Virus record (IMG/VR): IMGVR_UViG_3300020577_011395
Location: 1-64,000 of that record
DNA from: a virus
Taxonomy: Duplodnaviria; Caudoviricetes
Reading direction: 5' to 3' (one strand)
DNA length: 64,000 nt
The number at the start of each line of letters is the position of its first letter. Position 1 is the stretch's first letter. The position numbers and the translations under genes were made by a program. The notes under the pieces were generated by a model that made no database searches, was not told the DNA's origin, and worked only from the letters and a program-made list of their open reading frames with translations. Positions 51,419 through 61,966 of this stretch are shown here, piece by piece.

Positions 51419-52723
51419 ATGAAAAAAATCTACGTTCTTGATACAAATGTCTTTCTAAGTGATTTCAACTCAATTTACGCGTATAAGAACAACGATATCG
51501 TTATTCCTTTAAAAGTTCTAGAGGAAATAGATAAACACAAGAAACGCCAAGATGGCGTAGGCTCCAACGCTAGACAAATCATACGAATTTTTGATTCTCT
51601 TAGAGTGGATGGAACCCTAAAGGATGGAGTAAAAATTCGTAAGGGGCTAGGAACAATTATGGTAGTGCCTGTCGATACTAGTCTTTTACCTGCTGGTCTT
51701 AGAATTGATGATCCTGATAATCAAATACTTGGTACAGCATTGAAAATAAAGTCTGAGACTGATAAAAAAGTTGTATTAGTGTCACAAGATCTTAATATGA
51801 GAGTCAAATGTGACTCTGTTGGTCTAGAAACAGAAGACTACACAATTGGCCAAATCGTAGAAAAAGTAGATGAAATTTATACTGGATTTACTCAACATCT
51901 AGTGGACGATGCACTAGTTGACAGATTTTACTCTGGTGAGAAATTATATCTAGAACAAAAAGATATTTCTCTCCACCCAAATCAGTTTATTATGCTTGTA
52001 TCTAACGCAAATGATAAAAAAACAGCATTAGCAAAATTTAGAAATTATAATCATCCGATACAAAAAGTAACCCAATTTAAGGATGGTGTTTGGGAAGTTA
52101 GAGCAAAGAATAAAGAACAACAGTTTGCTTTCGACCTTCTTATGAACCCAGACATTAAAGTAGTTTCTTTAGTTGGTCTCGCTGGTTGTGGTAAGACATT
52201 AATCGCACTAGCAGCTGGATTAGAACAAATCCTAACAACAAAAGTATATACAAAACTAATTGTTTCAAGACCAGTACAACCAATGGGTAAGGATATTGGA
52301 TATTTGCCTGGTACACTACAAGAGAAAATGCTTCCTTGGCTAGCCCCAATTCAAGATAACCTTGAGTTTTTGATGGGTAATGACAAAGAACATCTAAAAA
52401 TGCTTGTAGAGGACGGTACAATAGAGATGGAAGCTTTAACGTTTATTAGAGGCCGCTCTATTGCTAATGCTTTCATCATAATTGATGAAGCTCAGAACCT
52501 TTCTGTACACGAATTAAAGACAATTATTACTAGAGTTGGCGAAGGAACAAAAATAATATTAACTGGCGACGTTCAACAAATTGATAGCGCGTTTCTAGAC
52601 TCAACAAACAACGGTTTAACTTATGCAGTAGAGAAGCTAAAACCATATGAAATTGTTGGGCACGTAACATTGTCAAAGGGCGAGCGCAGCGAAGTTGCTA
52701 GCCTTGGAGCTAATGTTTTATAA
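51419..52723 (+). CDS. phoH: PIN-PhoH (PhoH2-type) ATPase
   Basis: VLDTNV PIN motif; GLAGCGKT, RGRS and DEAQN. Confidence 0.92.
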   Translation: MKKIYVLDTNVFLSDFNSIYAYKNNDIVIPLKVLEEIDKHKKRQDGVGSNARQIIRIFDSLRVDGTLKDGVKIRKGLGTIMVVPVDTSLLPAGLRIDDPDNQILGTALKIKSETDKKVVLVSQDLNMRVKCDSVGLETEDYTIGQIVEKVDEIYTGFTQHLVDDALVDRFYSGEKLYLEQKDISLHPNQFIMLVSNANDKKTALAKFRNYNHPIQKVTQFKDGVWEVRAKNKEQQFAFDLLMNPDIKVVSLVGLAGCGKTLIALAAGLEQILTTKVYTKLIVSRPVQPMGKDIGYLPGTLQEKMLPWLAPIQDNLEFLMGNDKEHLKMLVEDGTIEMEALTFIRGRSIANAFIIIDEAQNLSVHELKTIITRVGEGTKIILTGDVQQIDSAFLDSTNNGLTYAVEKLKPYEIVGHVTLSKGERSEVASLGANVL

Positions 52724-52724
52724 T

Positions 52725-53402
52725 ATGAGTTCAATAAAATACATATATGAGGCTTATGATAAAAATAAGCTATCTCGTAGAGAATATTTTATAAACGGTG
52801 TGTTAACATTTGTTAACGACCCTTTACCAAAAGACGTTAATCTAAATGCTGTTAAAAAAAGAGTAGAATCTGTAGTACCAAAGAGGTTATTTCATAACTT
52901 AGATTACATATATATTGGTGACTTTCCAGAACTTAAGCTGAGAGATGTACAATCTGCATATCTTAGAGGAGCGATTTATATTTCTAATGAAGATCAAACT
53001 GAACAAAAACTATTTGAGTCTATAATTCACGAATTAGCACATTCAATCGAAACTACATTCGGTGGTAAAATATATGAAGATGATGAAATAGCTTCAGAAT
53101 TCGTTGGAAAACGTAAAAAACTTAGAACAATATTAAAAAATCAAGGATATGAATTTAAAGATTCTACAGTGTTTCTTCGCATAGAATATAATGTAGAGTT
53201 TGATAAGTTTTTATATTCTGAAGTTGGATATGATTTACTTAATCAACTCACTGTAGGGCTATTTGTTAGCCCTTATGGGGCTACCTCTTTACGAGAATAT
53301 TTTGCTAATGGGTTTGAAGCGTATTACCTCGGAGACGGAGAATATTTAGAAAAAGTCTCACCAAAATTATCTTATAAAATAAAACAGTTGACAAGCAAAT
53401 AA
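52725..53402 (+). CDS. HExxH metallopeptidase-like protein
   Basis: IIHELAHS...YGATSLREYFA. Confidence 0.6.
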   Translation: MSSIKYIYEAYDKNKLSRREYFINGVLTFVNDPLPKDVNLNAVKKRVESVVPKRLFHNLDYIYIGDFPELKLRDVQSAYLRGAIYISNEDQTEQKLFESIIHELAHSIETTFGGKIYEDDEIASEFVGKRKKLRTILKNQGYEFKDSTVFLRIEYNVEFDKFLYSEVGYDLLNQLTVGLFVSPYGATSLREYFANGFEAYYLGDGEYLEKVSPKLSYKIKQLTSK

Positions 53403-53428
53403 TTCTCCTGTATGATGTTCTTTGGAGG

Positions 53429-54208
53429 ATGAACACTATGTCGCATATATCTTTTTCTGCATTAAGAACATTTAAGGAATGTCCATTTAAATATAAGTTA
53501 GTTTATGAGGATAAAGTAGGTAAATTTAATCAAACAGAGTATACAATTTTTGGTAAGGCATTACACGAAGCTGCTGAAAAAAAGGTTCTTGATACAACAG
53601 TAAACGAATTAGAAGTATTTAATAATAGGTTTAATGAAGGTATTGAAGAGCTAAGAAAAGAAAAAACAGCGAACGAGCAACTTGTCGCTGAGATGAAAGA
53701 ACAAGGTGCTACTCTTGCTCCTAAGATAGTTCCTGCCCTTATAAAGAAATTTGGTACGTTTAAAGTATTATCAGCGGAAGAAGAATTATTTGAAGAAATC
53801 AAAAAAATACCAGATTGCTCAACGTCTTTTAAGGGATTTATTGACTTAGTAATTCAAACTGAAGACGGTAAAATACATATTTTAGATCACAAAACTTCTG
53901 GGTGGGGATGGGATGCTAAAAAGAAAAGCGACCCGCTCGTAACTTATCAGCTAACGTTTTATAAGCATTTCTACGCTCAAAAACACGGCATAGACCCAAA
54001 AAATATAGAGACTTATTTTGCTATTCTAAAAAGAACTGCAAAGAAAAATCATGTTGAAATTTTTAGAGTAACAAGCGGTAAGAAAAAAACAGAAAATGCA
54101 TTTAACATGTTGAATGGTGCGCTTTATAATATCGGTAAAAGAAACTTTATAAAGAACAGAACTGCTTGTACTTATTGTGAGTTTCGTAAAACAAAGGAAT
54201 GTCCTTGA
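53429..54208 (+). CDS. PD-(D/E)XK nuclease (RecB/Cas4-like, Fe-S)
   Basis: CP...GFIDL...LDHKT...QLTFY...CxxCxxxxxxxC. Confidence 0.88.
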   Translation: MNTMSHISFSALRTFKECPFKYKLVYEDKVGKFNQTEYTIFGKALHEAAEKKVLDTTVNELEVFNNRFNEGIEELRKEKTANEQLVAEMKEQGATLAPKIVPALIKKFGTFKVLSAEEELFEEIKKIPDCSTSFKGFIDLVIQTEDGKIHILDHKTSGWGWDAKKKSDPLVTYQLTFYKHFYAQKHGIDPKNIETYFAILKRTAKKNHVEIFRVTSGKKKTENAFNMLNGALYNIGKRNFIKNRTACTYCEFRKTKECP

Positions 54209-55200
54209 TAAACGATAAAAAAGTCGCGCTAATATCAGGCGCAAATGGGCAAGACGGAAGTTATCTTTGTGAATTCTTATTAGAAAAAGGTTATCTAGTT
54301 ATTGGCATCGTAAGACGCTCTTCTATGGAAGATAAAAAGCTTTTTAACCTACAAAATATATTAAATAACACAAATTTTGTACTAGAAAATGGAGATTTAA
54401 CCGATTCTTCATCAATCTGGCGGCTGGTACAGCAATACAAGCCAGACGAATTTTACAACTTAGGGGCGCAAAGCCACGTTGGTGCTTCGTTTACAAGCCC
54501 AGAAAGTACGTTTGAGATAAATTCTTCTGGTGTTCTGAACTGCTTAGAAGCGATACGCAACGTATCTCCTAAGACAAAGTTCTACCAAGCAAGCACCAGC
54601 GAAATGTTTGGTGATACAAAGTCGGTTCCGCAATGCGAAACAACTCAATTTTCACCAGTTTCACCATATGCTTGTGGAAAAGTTGCTGCTCATAATTTAG
54701 TTGTAAATTATCGCAAGGCTTATGGCCTATTTGCGTGCAGTGGTATTCTATTTAACCACGAATCAGAACGTCGTGGTGAACAGTTCGTTACTAGAAAAAT
54801 AACTAAAGCGGCGGCAAGAATTTCCCTTGGGCTTCAGAGAGAACTGCGTCTAGGTAATCTAGATGCCAAACGTGATTGGGGCTATGCTAAAGAGTATGTA
54901 GAAGTTATGTGGTTGATGCTACAACAAAAAATACCTGATGATTACGTTATAGGCACAGGAACGACTTCAACTATTAGAGAATTCATAAATTATGTGTCTG
55001 AAGTAGCTGGTTTTAATTTAATGGATTATGTAGTAGAAGATGAAAAATATAAACGCCCAAGTGAGGTTCCACTTTTGTTAGCTAATCCAGCTAAAGCAAA
55101 AAATATTCTTGGCTGGAATCCAAAAGTTGGCGTTAAAGATTTAGCAAAATTGATGTATATTAATGACCTAGAAAAGGAAAGAAAGCAAGTTCTTTTATGA
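54199..55200 (+). CDS. gmd: GDP-mannose 4,6-dehydratase
   Basis: GANGQDGSYL, AQSHV, QASTSEMFG, LFNHES and RDWG. Confidence 0.95.
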   Translation: MSLINDKKVALISGANGQDGSYLCEFLLEKGYLVIGIVRRSSMEDKKLFNLQNILNNTNFVLENGDLTDSSSIWRLVQQYKPDEFYNLGAQSHVGASFTSPESTFEINSSGVLNCLEAIRNVSPKTKFYQASTSEMFGDTKSVPQCETTQFSPVSPYACGKVAAHNLVVNYRKAYGLFACSGILFNHESERRGEQFVTRKITKAAARISLGLQRELRLGNLDAKRDWGYAKEYVEVMWLMLQQKIPDDYVIGTGTTSTIREFINYVSEVAGFNLMDYVVEDEKYKRPSEVPLLLANPAKAKNILGWNPKVGVKDLAKLMYINDLEKERKQVLL

Positions 55201-55222
55201 CCTACTCTACTATTTATTAGCG

Positions 55223-55846
55223 TTGGAGATTAAACAAATGATAAAAAAATGTGTAGTTTGTAAAAGAGATTTTGAAGCGTGGTCAGAAAAAAGCTGCTCA
55301 AAAGAATGTAGGGTTATTCATAATCGCGAACGTAATCGTAAAATGCGTATACATAAAGTTGAAACATTTAATTGTGTTCGCTGTAATAAAGAAGTGACAA
55401 GATTTAGAAAGCGTGGTGGTTTTTGTTCTAGACCGTGTGCATCAAAAAAATATTATGATGATGGTACATACAATAACTGGAAAAAGTTTGTTAGTCCCAA
55501 AAAAACACCAGAAGAACAAGTTTTACATAAGCTTAGAAAAAACGCTTCGAGAAATATAAAATTTTATTTAAAAAAACAATTAATACCAAAAACAGAAGTA
55601 ACTTGGAAAAAGCTTCCCTATACACCGAAGGAGCTGAAGGAACATCTAGAAAATCAATTTGATACCAATATGTCATGGGATAACTATGGGACTTATTGGA
55701 CGATAGACCATATAATTCCGCAATCAAAATTGTTATTCACAACGCTTAACGATGATAATTTTATAAAATGTTGGTCTTTGAGCAACTTAAGACCTTTAGA
55801 AAAAATTGCTAATATAAAAAAAAGTAATAAACTTATAGGAGAGTAA
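55223..55846 (+). CDS. HNH homing endonuclease inserted in the glycan operon
   Basis: Zn-knuckle repeats; MSWDNYG.YWTIDHIIP...NLRPL...N. Confidence 0.85.
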   Translation: MEIKQMIKKCVVCKRDFEAWSEKSCSKECRVIHNRERNRKMRIHKVETFNCVRCNKEVTRFRKRGGFCSRPCASKKYYDDGTYNNWKKFVSPKKTPEEQVLHKLRKNASRNIKFYLKKQLIPKTEVTWKKLPYTPKELKEHLENQFDTNMSWDNYGTYWTIDHIIPQSKLLFTTLNDDNFIKCWSLSNLRPLEKIANIKKSNKLIGE

Positions 55847-57094
55847 ATGAAAATAGATAAAAAGTTGAAAATTCTTGTAATTTCTGACCATATTTTTTCA
55901 CCAAGTGGAGTCGGTGGATCTACGAAAAGTATGGTTGATTGTTTGTTAAAAACTGGCAAATACCAGTTTTTATGTATTGGTGGAGCGCTAAAGCATCAAG
56001 ATTATAGACCAATAAAAACACAAGAGCATGGTGACGATCTTGTAATAATTCCAGTTGATGGGTATGGTACGCCAGAGCACGTTAGAAGTTTTATTAGACA
56101 ATTTAAGCCAGATATTCTATGGTTTATGACTGATCCAAGATTTTATGTATGGCTTTGGAACATAGCACAAGAGATCAGACCAAACGTTCCAATGGTCTAT
56201 TACCATGTTTGGGACAACTATCCTTATCCAAAGTTTAATAAAAAGTTCTATGACTCAAACGACTGTATCGCAACAATTAGTAAGCTAACAAGCGATATTG
56301 TTAAAACGGTGTCCCCAGGTGTTGATGAAGTTTATCTACCTCACGCAGTAAATCCAGAATGGTTTAAGGTTCTAGAAGAAAAAGAATATGCAAACTTAGT
56401 ACAAAAAGAAAAGACCTTCTTTTTCTGGACGAATAGAAATGCTAGACGCAAACTAAGTGGCAGTGTTGTTTGGTGGTATAAAGAGTTTCTAGATAAAGTT
56501 GGTCATGATAAAGCTTTCCTTTTGATGCATACCGACCCAAAGGATCCAAATGGTCAAGATCTTGAAGAAATTGCCAAAGAGCTTGGCCTAACCAAAGAAA
56601 ATTTTGGTATCTCAGCTGGTAAGGTTGCTCCGCAAGTCATGGCTCAATTCTATAACGCTGCCGATTGTACTATTAATATTAGCGATGCCGAAGGTTTTGG
56701 CTTGTCTGTGTTAGAATCACTTTCATGTGGAACTCCAGTTATCGTTAATAAAACTGGTGGTATGCAAGATCAAGCTATAGGAAAAGATGGTAAAGAGTTT
56801 GGTGTGGTTATCGAGCCAGCTTCAAGAGCAGTTATTGGTTCGCAAGAAGTACCGTATATCTACGAAGATAGAGTTGCTGGAGAAGACGTAGTTAATGCTA
56901 TGATTAAGATTCATAATATGACTAGAGAAGAAAGAAAACAACTTGGCAAAGAAGCCGTCCAGCATGTACAAGAAAACTTTAGCTTTGAACAATTCGGGCA
57001 AGCATGGGATAAACTATTACAAGAAGTTCATGCAAAGCATGGTTCTTGGGAGACACGTAAGAATTACAAATCATGGAAAGTAGAGGAAGTATAA
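55847..57094 (+). CDS. GT-B glycosyltransferase (GT4-like)
   Basis: RNARRK and EGFGLSVLE motifs. Confidence 0.9.
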   Translation: MKIDKKLKILVISDHIFSPSGVGGSTKSMVDCLLKTGKYQFLCIGGALKHQDYRPIKTQEHGDDLVIIPVDGYGTPEHVRSFIRQFKPDILWFMTDPRFYVWLWNIAQEIRPNVPMVYYHVWDNYPYPKFNKKFYDSNDCIATISKLTSDIVKTVSPGVDEVYLPHAVNPEWFKVLEEKEYANLVQKEKTFFFWTNRNARRKLSGSVVWWYKEFLDKVGHDKAFLLMHTDPKDPNGQDLEEIAKELGLTKENFGISAGKVAPQVMAQFYNAADCTINISDAEGFGLSVLESLSCGTPVIVNKTGGMQDQAIGKDGKEFGVVIEPASRAVIGSQEVPYIYEDRVAGEDVVNAMIKIHNMTREERKQLGKEAVQHVQENFSFEQFGQAWDKLLQEVHAKHGSWETRKNYKSWKVEEV

Positions 57095-58356
57095 TGAAAA
57101 AAATAGTTATATCAGGGCCAATTTTGTCTAGAAGTGGTTACGGTGAAATGTGTCGTTTTGCCTTTAGATCGTTAAGAAATAATAAAGATATTGATTTATT
57201 CTTGTTACCAACAAATTGGGGTAGTACAGGTAACCTTTTTGAAGATAATGAGGAGCGTAAAGAAATAGACTCGCTTGTTATGAAAACAAATCAGATTTTA
57301 CAACAAACCAACAATCAGCCAGGGTTTGATGTCGCTATACAAGTAACAATTCCAAATGAATGGAAAAAGCTAGCACCATACAATATTGGGTATACAGCAG
57401 GTATTGAAACAAATTGGATTTCTCCAGAGTGGCTTCAGCCATCATTGGCTATGGACAAAATTATAGTTATTAGTGAACATGCAAAATCTGGCTTTGTCAA
57501 TACGGTTTTAAGAGACCCAACTGGGAATGGTGGTCGCGGACAAGACTATAAAGTTACAACTCCCGTTGAAGTATGTCACTTCCCAGTTAAAGACTTTGAA
57601 CTTAAACCTCTAGACTTAGAATTAAAATATGATTTTAACTTTCTTGCTGTTTGTCAATGGGGTCCAAGAAAAAACCTAGAACAAACAATTATAAACTTTG
57701 TTGAAGAGTTTAAAGATGAATCAGTTGGTTTGGTGTTAAAAGTTAATACTACTAATGATTCTTTACTAGATAGAAGTCATACAAAAGATAGATTAGAAAA
57801 TCTATTGAAACAAATGCCAAAAGACCGCAAATGCAGCGTACACTTATTACACGGCCATATGTCAGAAGAAGAAATGTATGCTCTGTATAGACATCCAAAG
57901 ATTAAAGCAGTTGTTTCCACAACACATGGAGAAGGGTTCGGTTTCCCATTATTTGAAGCTGCTTGCGCTGAATTACCAGTGATTGCAACAGATTGGAGCG
58001 GCCACTTAGATTTCTTAACAATGAAAGACGAAGATGGTGTTGAGAAAAAAATGTTTGCGAAGGTTGATTTCGAATTAAAGCCATTACAACCAGAACATAT
58101 TTGGAAAGGCATACTAGAACAAGGAACCATGTGGGCTTATCCAGTTCCATCGTCTTTCAAAAATAAAATGCGAGAAGTTTATAAAGACTATACTAGGTTT
58201 AAGAGTTGGTCAAAGAAGCTTAATAAGTGGGTAAGAGAAGAGTTTGAAAGCCAAAAAATTAATAATAAGTTTTCTAAGCTAGTTGTAGCACAATTTGATG
58301 TTGAAAGCTGGCTTAAGGATATGAATGTAGAAGAAAACGTCTTTGAACATGACTAA
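57094..58356 (+). CDS. GT-B glycosyltransferase (GT4-like)
   Basis: RKN and EGFGFPLFE motifs. Confidence 0.9.
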   Translation: MKKIVISGPILSRSGYGEMCRFAFRSLRNNKDIDLFLLPTNWGSTGNLFEDNEERKEIDSLVMKTNQILQQTNNQPGFDVAIQVTIPNEWKKLAPYNIGYTAGIETNWISPEWLQPSLAMDKIIVISEHAKSGFVNTVLRDPTGNGGRGQDYKVTTPVEVCHFPVKDFELKPLDLELKYDFNFLAVCQWGPRKNLEQTIINFVEEFKDESVGLVLKVNTTNDSLLDRSHTKDRLENLLKQMPKDRKCSVHLLHGHMSEEEMYALYRHPKIKAVVSTTHGEGFGFPLFEAACAELPVIATDWSGHLDFLTMKDEDGVEKKMFAKVDFELKPLQPEHIWKGILEQGTMWAYPVPSSFKNKMREVYKDYTRFKSWSKKLNKWVREEFESQKINNKFSKLVVAQFDVESWLKDMNVEENVFEHD

Positions 58357-59191
58357 AATAATTTTCATAGCCGATTTCTTTGCTAACGAGATAGCTGGCG
58401 GCGGTGAGTTAAATAACGAAGAGGTTATAAGCTGCCTAAGAAATAAAGGTTATGAAGTAGAAACAAAAAATTCCAGAGATTGCACTGCTGATTACCTCAA
58501 AAATAATCAGCAGTGTTTTTTCATAGTTGCAAATTTTATTGAACTTCATAGTTCGTGCCTAAGATTTCTTGAAAAGCTAAGATATATTATTTATGAACAT
58601 GATCATAAATATATTCGATCTCGTAATCCAGCTTCTTATAAGGATTATAAGGCACCAGAAACTGAACTGATTAACCAATCTTTTTATCACAAAGCAAAAG
58701 CTGTTCTTTGCCAAAGCACTTTCCATAAAAGTATATTATTGAAAAATTTATCTAATGTCAACGTAATAAGCTTATCTGGTAATGCATGGAGCGACAGTAG
58801 CCTTGATTTGATGGAACAACTTGTAAATTTAGAAAAGGCTGATAAATGTGCAATAATGAATACGACAAATTGGCATAAAAACACCAGTGGAGCAGTCTCT
58901 TATTGCAAACAAAAAAATTATGATTATACTTTAATAGATGGTTGTGAATACGAACAATTTTTAAAACAGCTTTCTAAGAATAAAAAATTAGTTTTTTTCC
59001 CACAGACACCAGAAACCCTGTCAAGAATAGTAGTAGAATGCAGAATGATGGGAATGTCAGTTATCACCAATGATAAAGTTGGAGCATCACAAGAAGAATG
59101 GTTCAAATTAAAAGGGAAAGACTTAATAGATTTTATGAGAACAAAAAAGAAAGGTATTATTCTAACAATAGAAAGGCTAGTAAATGAATAA
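58349..59191 (+). CDS. glycosyltransferase-like protein
   Basis: GGGE N-motif; ETLSRIVVE (EX7E). Confidence 0.7.
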   Translation: MTKIIFIADFFANEIAGGGELNNEEVISCLRNKGYEVETKNSRDCTADYLKNNQQCFFIVANFIELHSSCLRFLEKLRYIIYEHDHKYIRSRNPASYKDYKAPETELINQSFYHKAKAVLCQSTFHKSILLKNLSNVNVISLSGNAWSDSSLDLMEQLVNLEKADKCAIMNTTNWHKNTSGAVSYCKQKNYDYTLIDGCEYEQFLKQLSKNKKLVFFPQTPETLSRIVVECRMMGMSVITNDKVGASQEEWFKLKGKDLIDFMRTKKKGIILTIERLVNE

Positions 59192-60110
59192 AATATATAT
59201 TAAAGATCACGCAAATAATGCAAACAAATGGATTTATAATGGCTATGCAAATGCGTGGGCGTTTTGTGGCTTCCAAGTTGTAAGATATAATAACTTGCTA
59301 GAAATTCAAGAACCAGGCCAATTAATTATGGCAGTTGATTGGGATATTAAAACAGAAAAAGAATTAAAGGTTATAAAAGACTCTAAAATGACTTTTTTGT
59401 TTGTACAGCCAACAAAATATGAACTTCCTTGGTCAACCCATCCAAACTTTGTTTGTTTGTTGCCACAAAAATTTATAGATGAACTAAACTCGCTTACAAA
59501 CGTCCACAAATGGGCTTTTACTGATTTTGAAAAAGTAGACTACTATTTTGCATGGAATTCTGTTAATAAATATCCATTAGCTTTTGATAATTTTGAATAT
59601 AAAGCAAGTGAAGTAGTGCCTACTAATGACAAACATAAATTTGATGTTTGCTACATAGGTGGAAGAGCGCACAATGGTTTTGATGAGAAATACAAAATAA
59701 TGATGAATATGTTTGCTGCGTTTAAAGATTCTGGCTTGAAATGCGGGTTTTTTATTGAAAAGAACTTAACAAGTGAGCAAGAAAGAAGTGTAATATTCAA
59801 TAGCAAAGTATGCCTAAATATACACGACGCAAACCAGATTAAAATTAATATTGATACGAATGAGAGAACATTCAAAACTCTTGGAATAAATGGAGTGTTA
59901 GTAGCAAACTATAATGGACAATTATCTGGATTGTTCCCGGATGTGCCGCTTGGTAAAACCCCAGAAGAAGTAGTTAGAGAGGTTAAAAAGCTATGCTCTC
60001 TTGACCAATCTGAGCTTGAAACAATTGCTGTAAAAAATCGTAGAAATATTTTTGAAAATCATACGTATACTACAAGAGTTAAAAAAATGTTGGAGCTGAC
60101 AAATGTTTAA
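59184..60110 (+). CDS. glycosyltransferase (CgeB-like C-domain)
   Basis: DVCYIG, SKVCLNIH, NERTFK and HTYTTR. Confidence 0.75.
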   Translation: MNKIYIKDHANNANKWIYNGYANAWAFCGFQVVRYNNLLEIQEPGQLIMAVDWDIKTEKELKVIKDSKMTFLFVQPTKYELPWSTHPNFVCLLPQKFIDELNSLTNVHKWAFTDFEKVDYYFAWNSVNKYPLAFDNFEYKASEVVPTNDKHKFDVCYIGGRAHNGFDEKYKIMMNMFAAFKDSGLKCGFFIEKNLTSEQERSVIFNSKVCLNIHDANQIKINIDTNERTFKTLGINGVLVANYNGQLSGLFPDVPLGKTPEEVVREVKKLCSLDQSELETIAVKNRRNIFENHTYTTRVKKMLELTNV

Positions 60111-60843
60111 CCCAAAAGTATCTGTTATTGTACCTTTATATAATTGTGAAAAATATATTGAACAATGCATTGACTCTATATATCAACAGACATACAAAAA
60201 TATTGAAGTTTTTTGTATAGATAATGAGAGTACAGATAATAGTTTTAATATAATTAAAAATTTAAAACAGGATAAATATCCAGAACTAATTGTAGATTCC
60301 GCTCCGAATATATATCCGTATTGCTGGGAAGAAGCTAGGGACAAAGCGCTAGCACAAATGACTGGAGATTATTGTATAGTTATGGCATCTGATGATTTTC
60401 TTGAAAAAGATTTCATAACAAAATATATTGATATATTTTCAAGAGCGCCTAAAAAAATATTAGCTCTACAAAGCGGTATTATGGGCGTCAATGAACGTGG
60501 CGAAAAGCTTAGTGTAACTAAACACAGCTATAAAAACTTAGATGAAATGAAAAAGCAGTTATTAGAGAGGTCTGTCGTAAATACACCTACGGTAATGTAT
60601 CACAGAAGTTTGTATGATAAAGGTTTGTTAAAAACACTCCCAGAAGAATTTAGTGGCGCTGCGGATTACGATCTGTACTTTACTTTGGCAGACGCCGGTG
60701 TTATGATCTACGCGGTTCCAGAGTGGCTAGGATATTATTATCGCTGGCATAACGAGCAAGCAACTTGGGGCATGTTAAAATCAAACATAAAGTACGATAA
60801 ATTAATACAAGAAAAGTGGAAAACAAAATGGAAACTGGTTTAA
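60103..60843 (+). CDS. GT-A glycosyltransferase family 2
   Basis: VSVIVPLYN, DNESTD, SDD and DYD. Confidence 0.9.
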   Translation: MFNPKVSVIVPLYNCEKYIEQCIDSIYQQTYKNIEVFCIDNESTDNSFNIIKNLKQDKYPELIVDSAPNIYPYCWEEARDKALAQMTGDYCIVMASDDFLEKDFITKYIDIFSRAPKKILALQSGIMGVNERGEKLSVTKHSYKNLDEMKKQLLERSVVNTPTVMYHRSLYDKGLLKTLPEEFSGAADYDLYFTLADAGVMIYAVPEWLGYYYRWHNEQATWGMLKSNIKYDKLIQEKWKTKWKLV

Positions 60844-61436
60844 CAGAAAAAAATCTTAGAGAATTTGAAATGAAGGTGTTTGATCTTTTTAAAAGTAAAA
60901 AGATCAAGTCCCCCATTCACCTTAGAGGTGGTAACGAAAAGCAATTAATAGAAATATTTAAAGATATAAAACATGAAGATTATTGTTTTCTAACGTGGGC
61001 AAGCCATTTAGAGTGCCTTCTAAAAGGTGTACCAGAAAGTAAAGTATTGGAAGCAATATTAGACAATAGATCAATTGCCTTATCGTTTAAAGATTATAAT
61101 ATTGTTTCATCAGCAATTGTTGGCGGAAACGCTCCAATTGCAGTTGGCACGGCTCTTGCACAAAAGTTAAAAAACACCAATAGACATACTTGGTGTTTTA
61201 TTGGTGATATGTCTTATTATACTGGGATCGTGCAAGAATCTATAAGATTTGCTGAAGTTAACGATCTTCCTATAACTTTTGTTATCGCGGATAACGGCCT
61301 GAGCGTTACGACACCAACAAGAAAACTGTGGGGTAATGACATAGAAAATTGTCATTTACTATCAAAAAAGTGTATAAGATACCAATATATTAATCACTTT
61401 CCACATGCTGGTATTGGAGAAAAGGTTATATTTTAA
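60828..61436 (+). CDS. TPP-dependent dehydrogenase E1 alpha-like subunit (short)
   Basis: PIHL.GGNE, SAIVGG and GDM...ADN TPP motif. Confidence 0.8.
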   Translation: METGLTEKNLREFEMKVFDLFKSKKIKSPIHLRGGNEKQLIEIFKDIKHEDYCFLTWASHLECLLKGVPESKVLEAILDNRSIALSFKDYNIVSSAIVGGNAPIAVGTALAQKLKNTNRHTWCFIGDMSYYTGIVQESIRFAEVNDLPITFVIADNGLSVTTPTRKLWGNDIENCHLLSKKCIRYQYINHFPHAGIGEKVIF

Positions 61437-61966
61437 TGTTAAATTATGCTGAAGAATTAGAAAAAGCAATGCTTTGGATCGCAGAACAAAAAAATAGTGT
61501 TTTTCTTGGGCAAGGTATCGAATATGGTGGTATAGCTATTGCAAAAACCTTTGAAAAGATAGCAAAAGAAAAGAAGATGGAGCTTCCAGTAGCAGAAAAT
61601 ATGCAACTTGGTATTTCTATTGGAATGGCTTTAGACGGATTTATCCCAGTGTCAGTTTATCCAAGATGGAACTTTTTATTACTAGCTGCAGACCAGCTAG
61701 TAAACCATTTAGATAAACTACCAATTATAACAAAAGGTCAGTACAAGCCAAAAGTTATCATAAGAGTAGCCGTTGGTGTTAAAGAGCCTGTTGACCCACA
61801 AGAACAACACTTAGGAGATTTTACTGTTCCTTTTTCCATGATGTTAAAAACAATTAATGTTGTTAAGTTAACTAACGCGTCACAGATAGTGGAAGAATAT
61901 CAAAAAGCATATTTAAGACAAGATGGAATTTCTACTATATTAGTAGAGGAACACCAATTCGTATGA
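61436..61966 (+). CDS. E1 beta / transketolase pyrimidine-binding subunit (short)
   Basis: ELPVAE...GMAL.G..P and DQLVN. Confidence 0.8.
   Translation: MLNYAEELEKAMLWIAEQKNSVFLGQGIEYGGIAIAKTFEKIAKEKKMELPVAENMQLGISIGMALDGFIPVSVYPRWNFLLLAADQLVNHLDKLPIITKGQYKPKVIIRVAVGVKEPVDPQEQHLGDFTVPFSMMLKTINVVKLTNASQIVEEYQKAYLRQDGISTILVEEHQFV

Noticed and set aside
53429-54208. Cas4 of a CRISPR system
   Set aside because: Stand-alone PD-(D/E)XK nucleases are common in phages, and no other cas genes or array are nearby.
60828-61966. Pyruvate dehydrogenase auxiliary metabolic genes
   Set aside because: Both subunits are truncated, there is no E2/E3, and they are embedded in a sugar-nucleotide operon.
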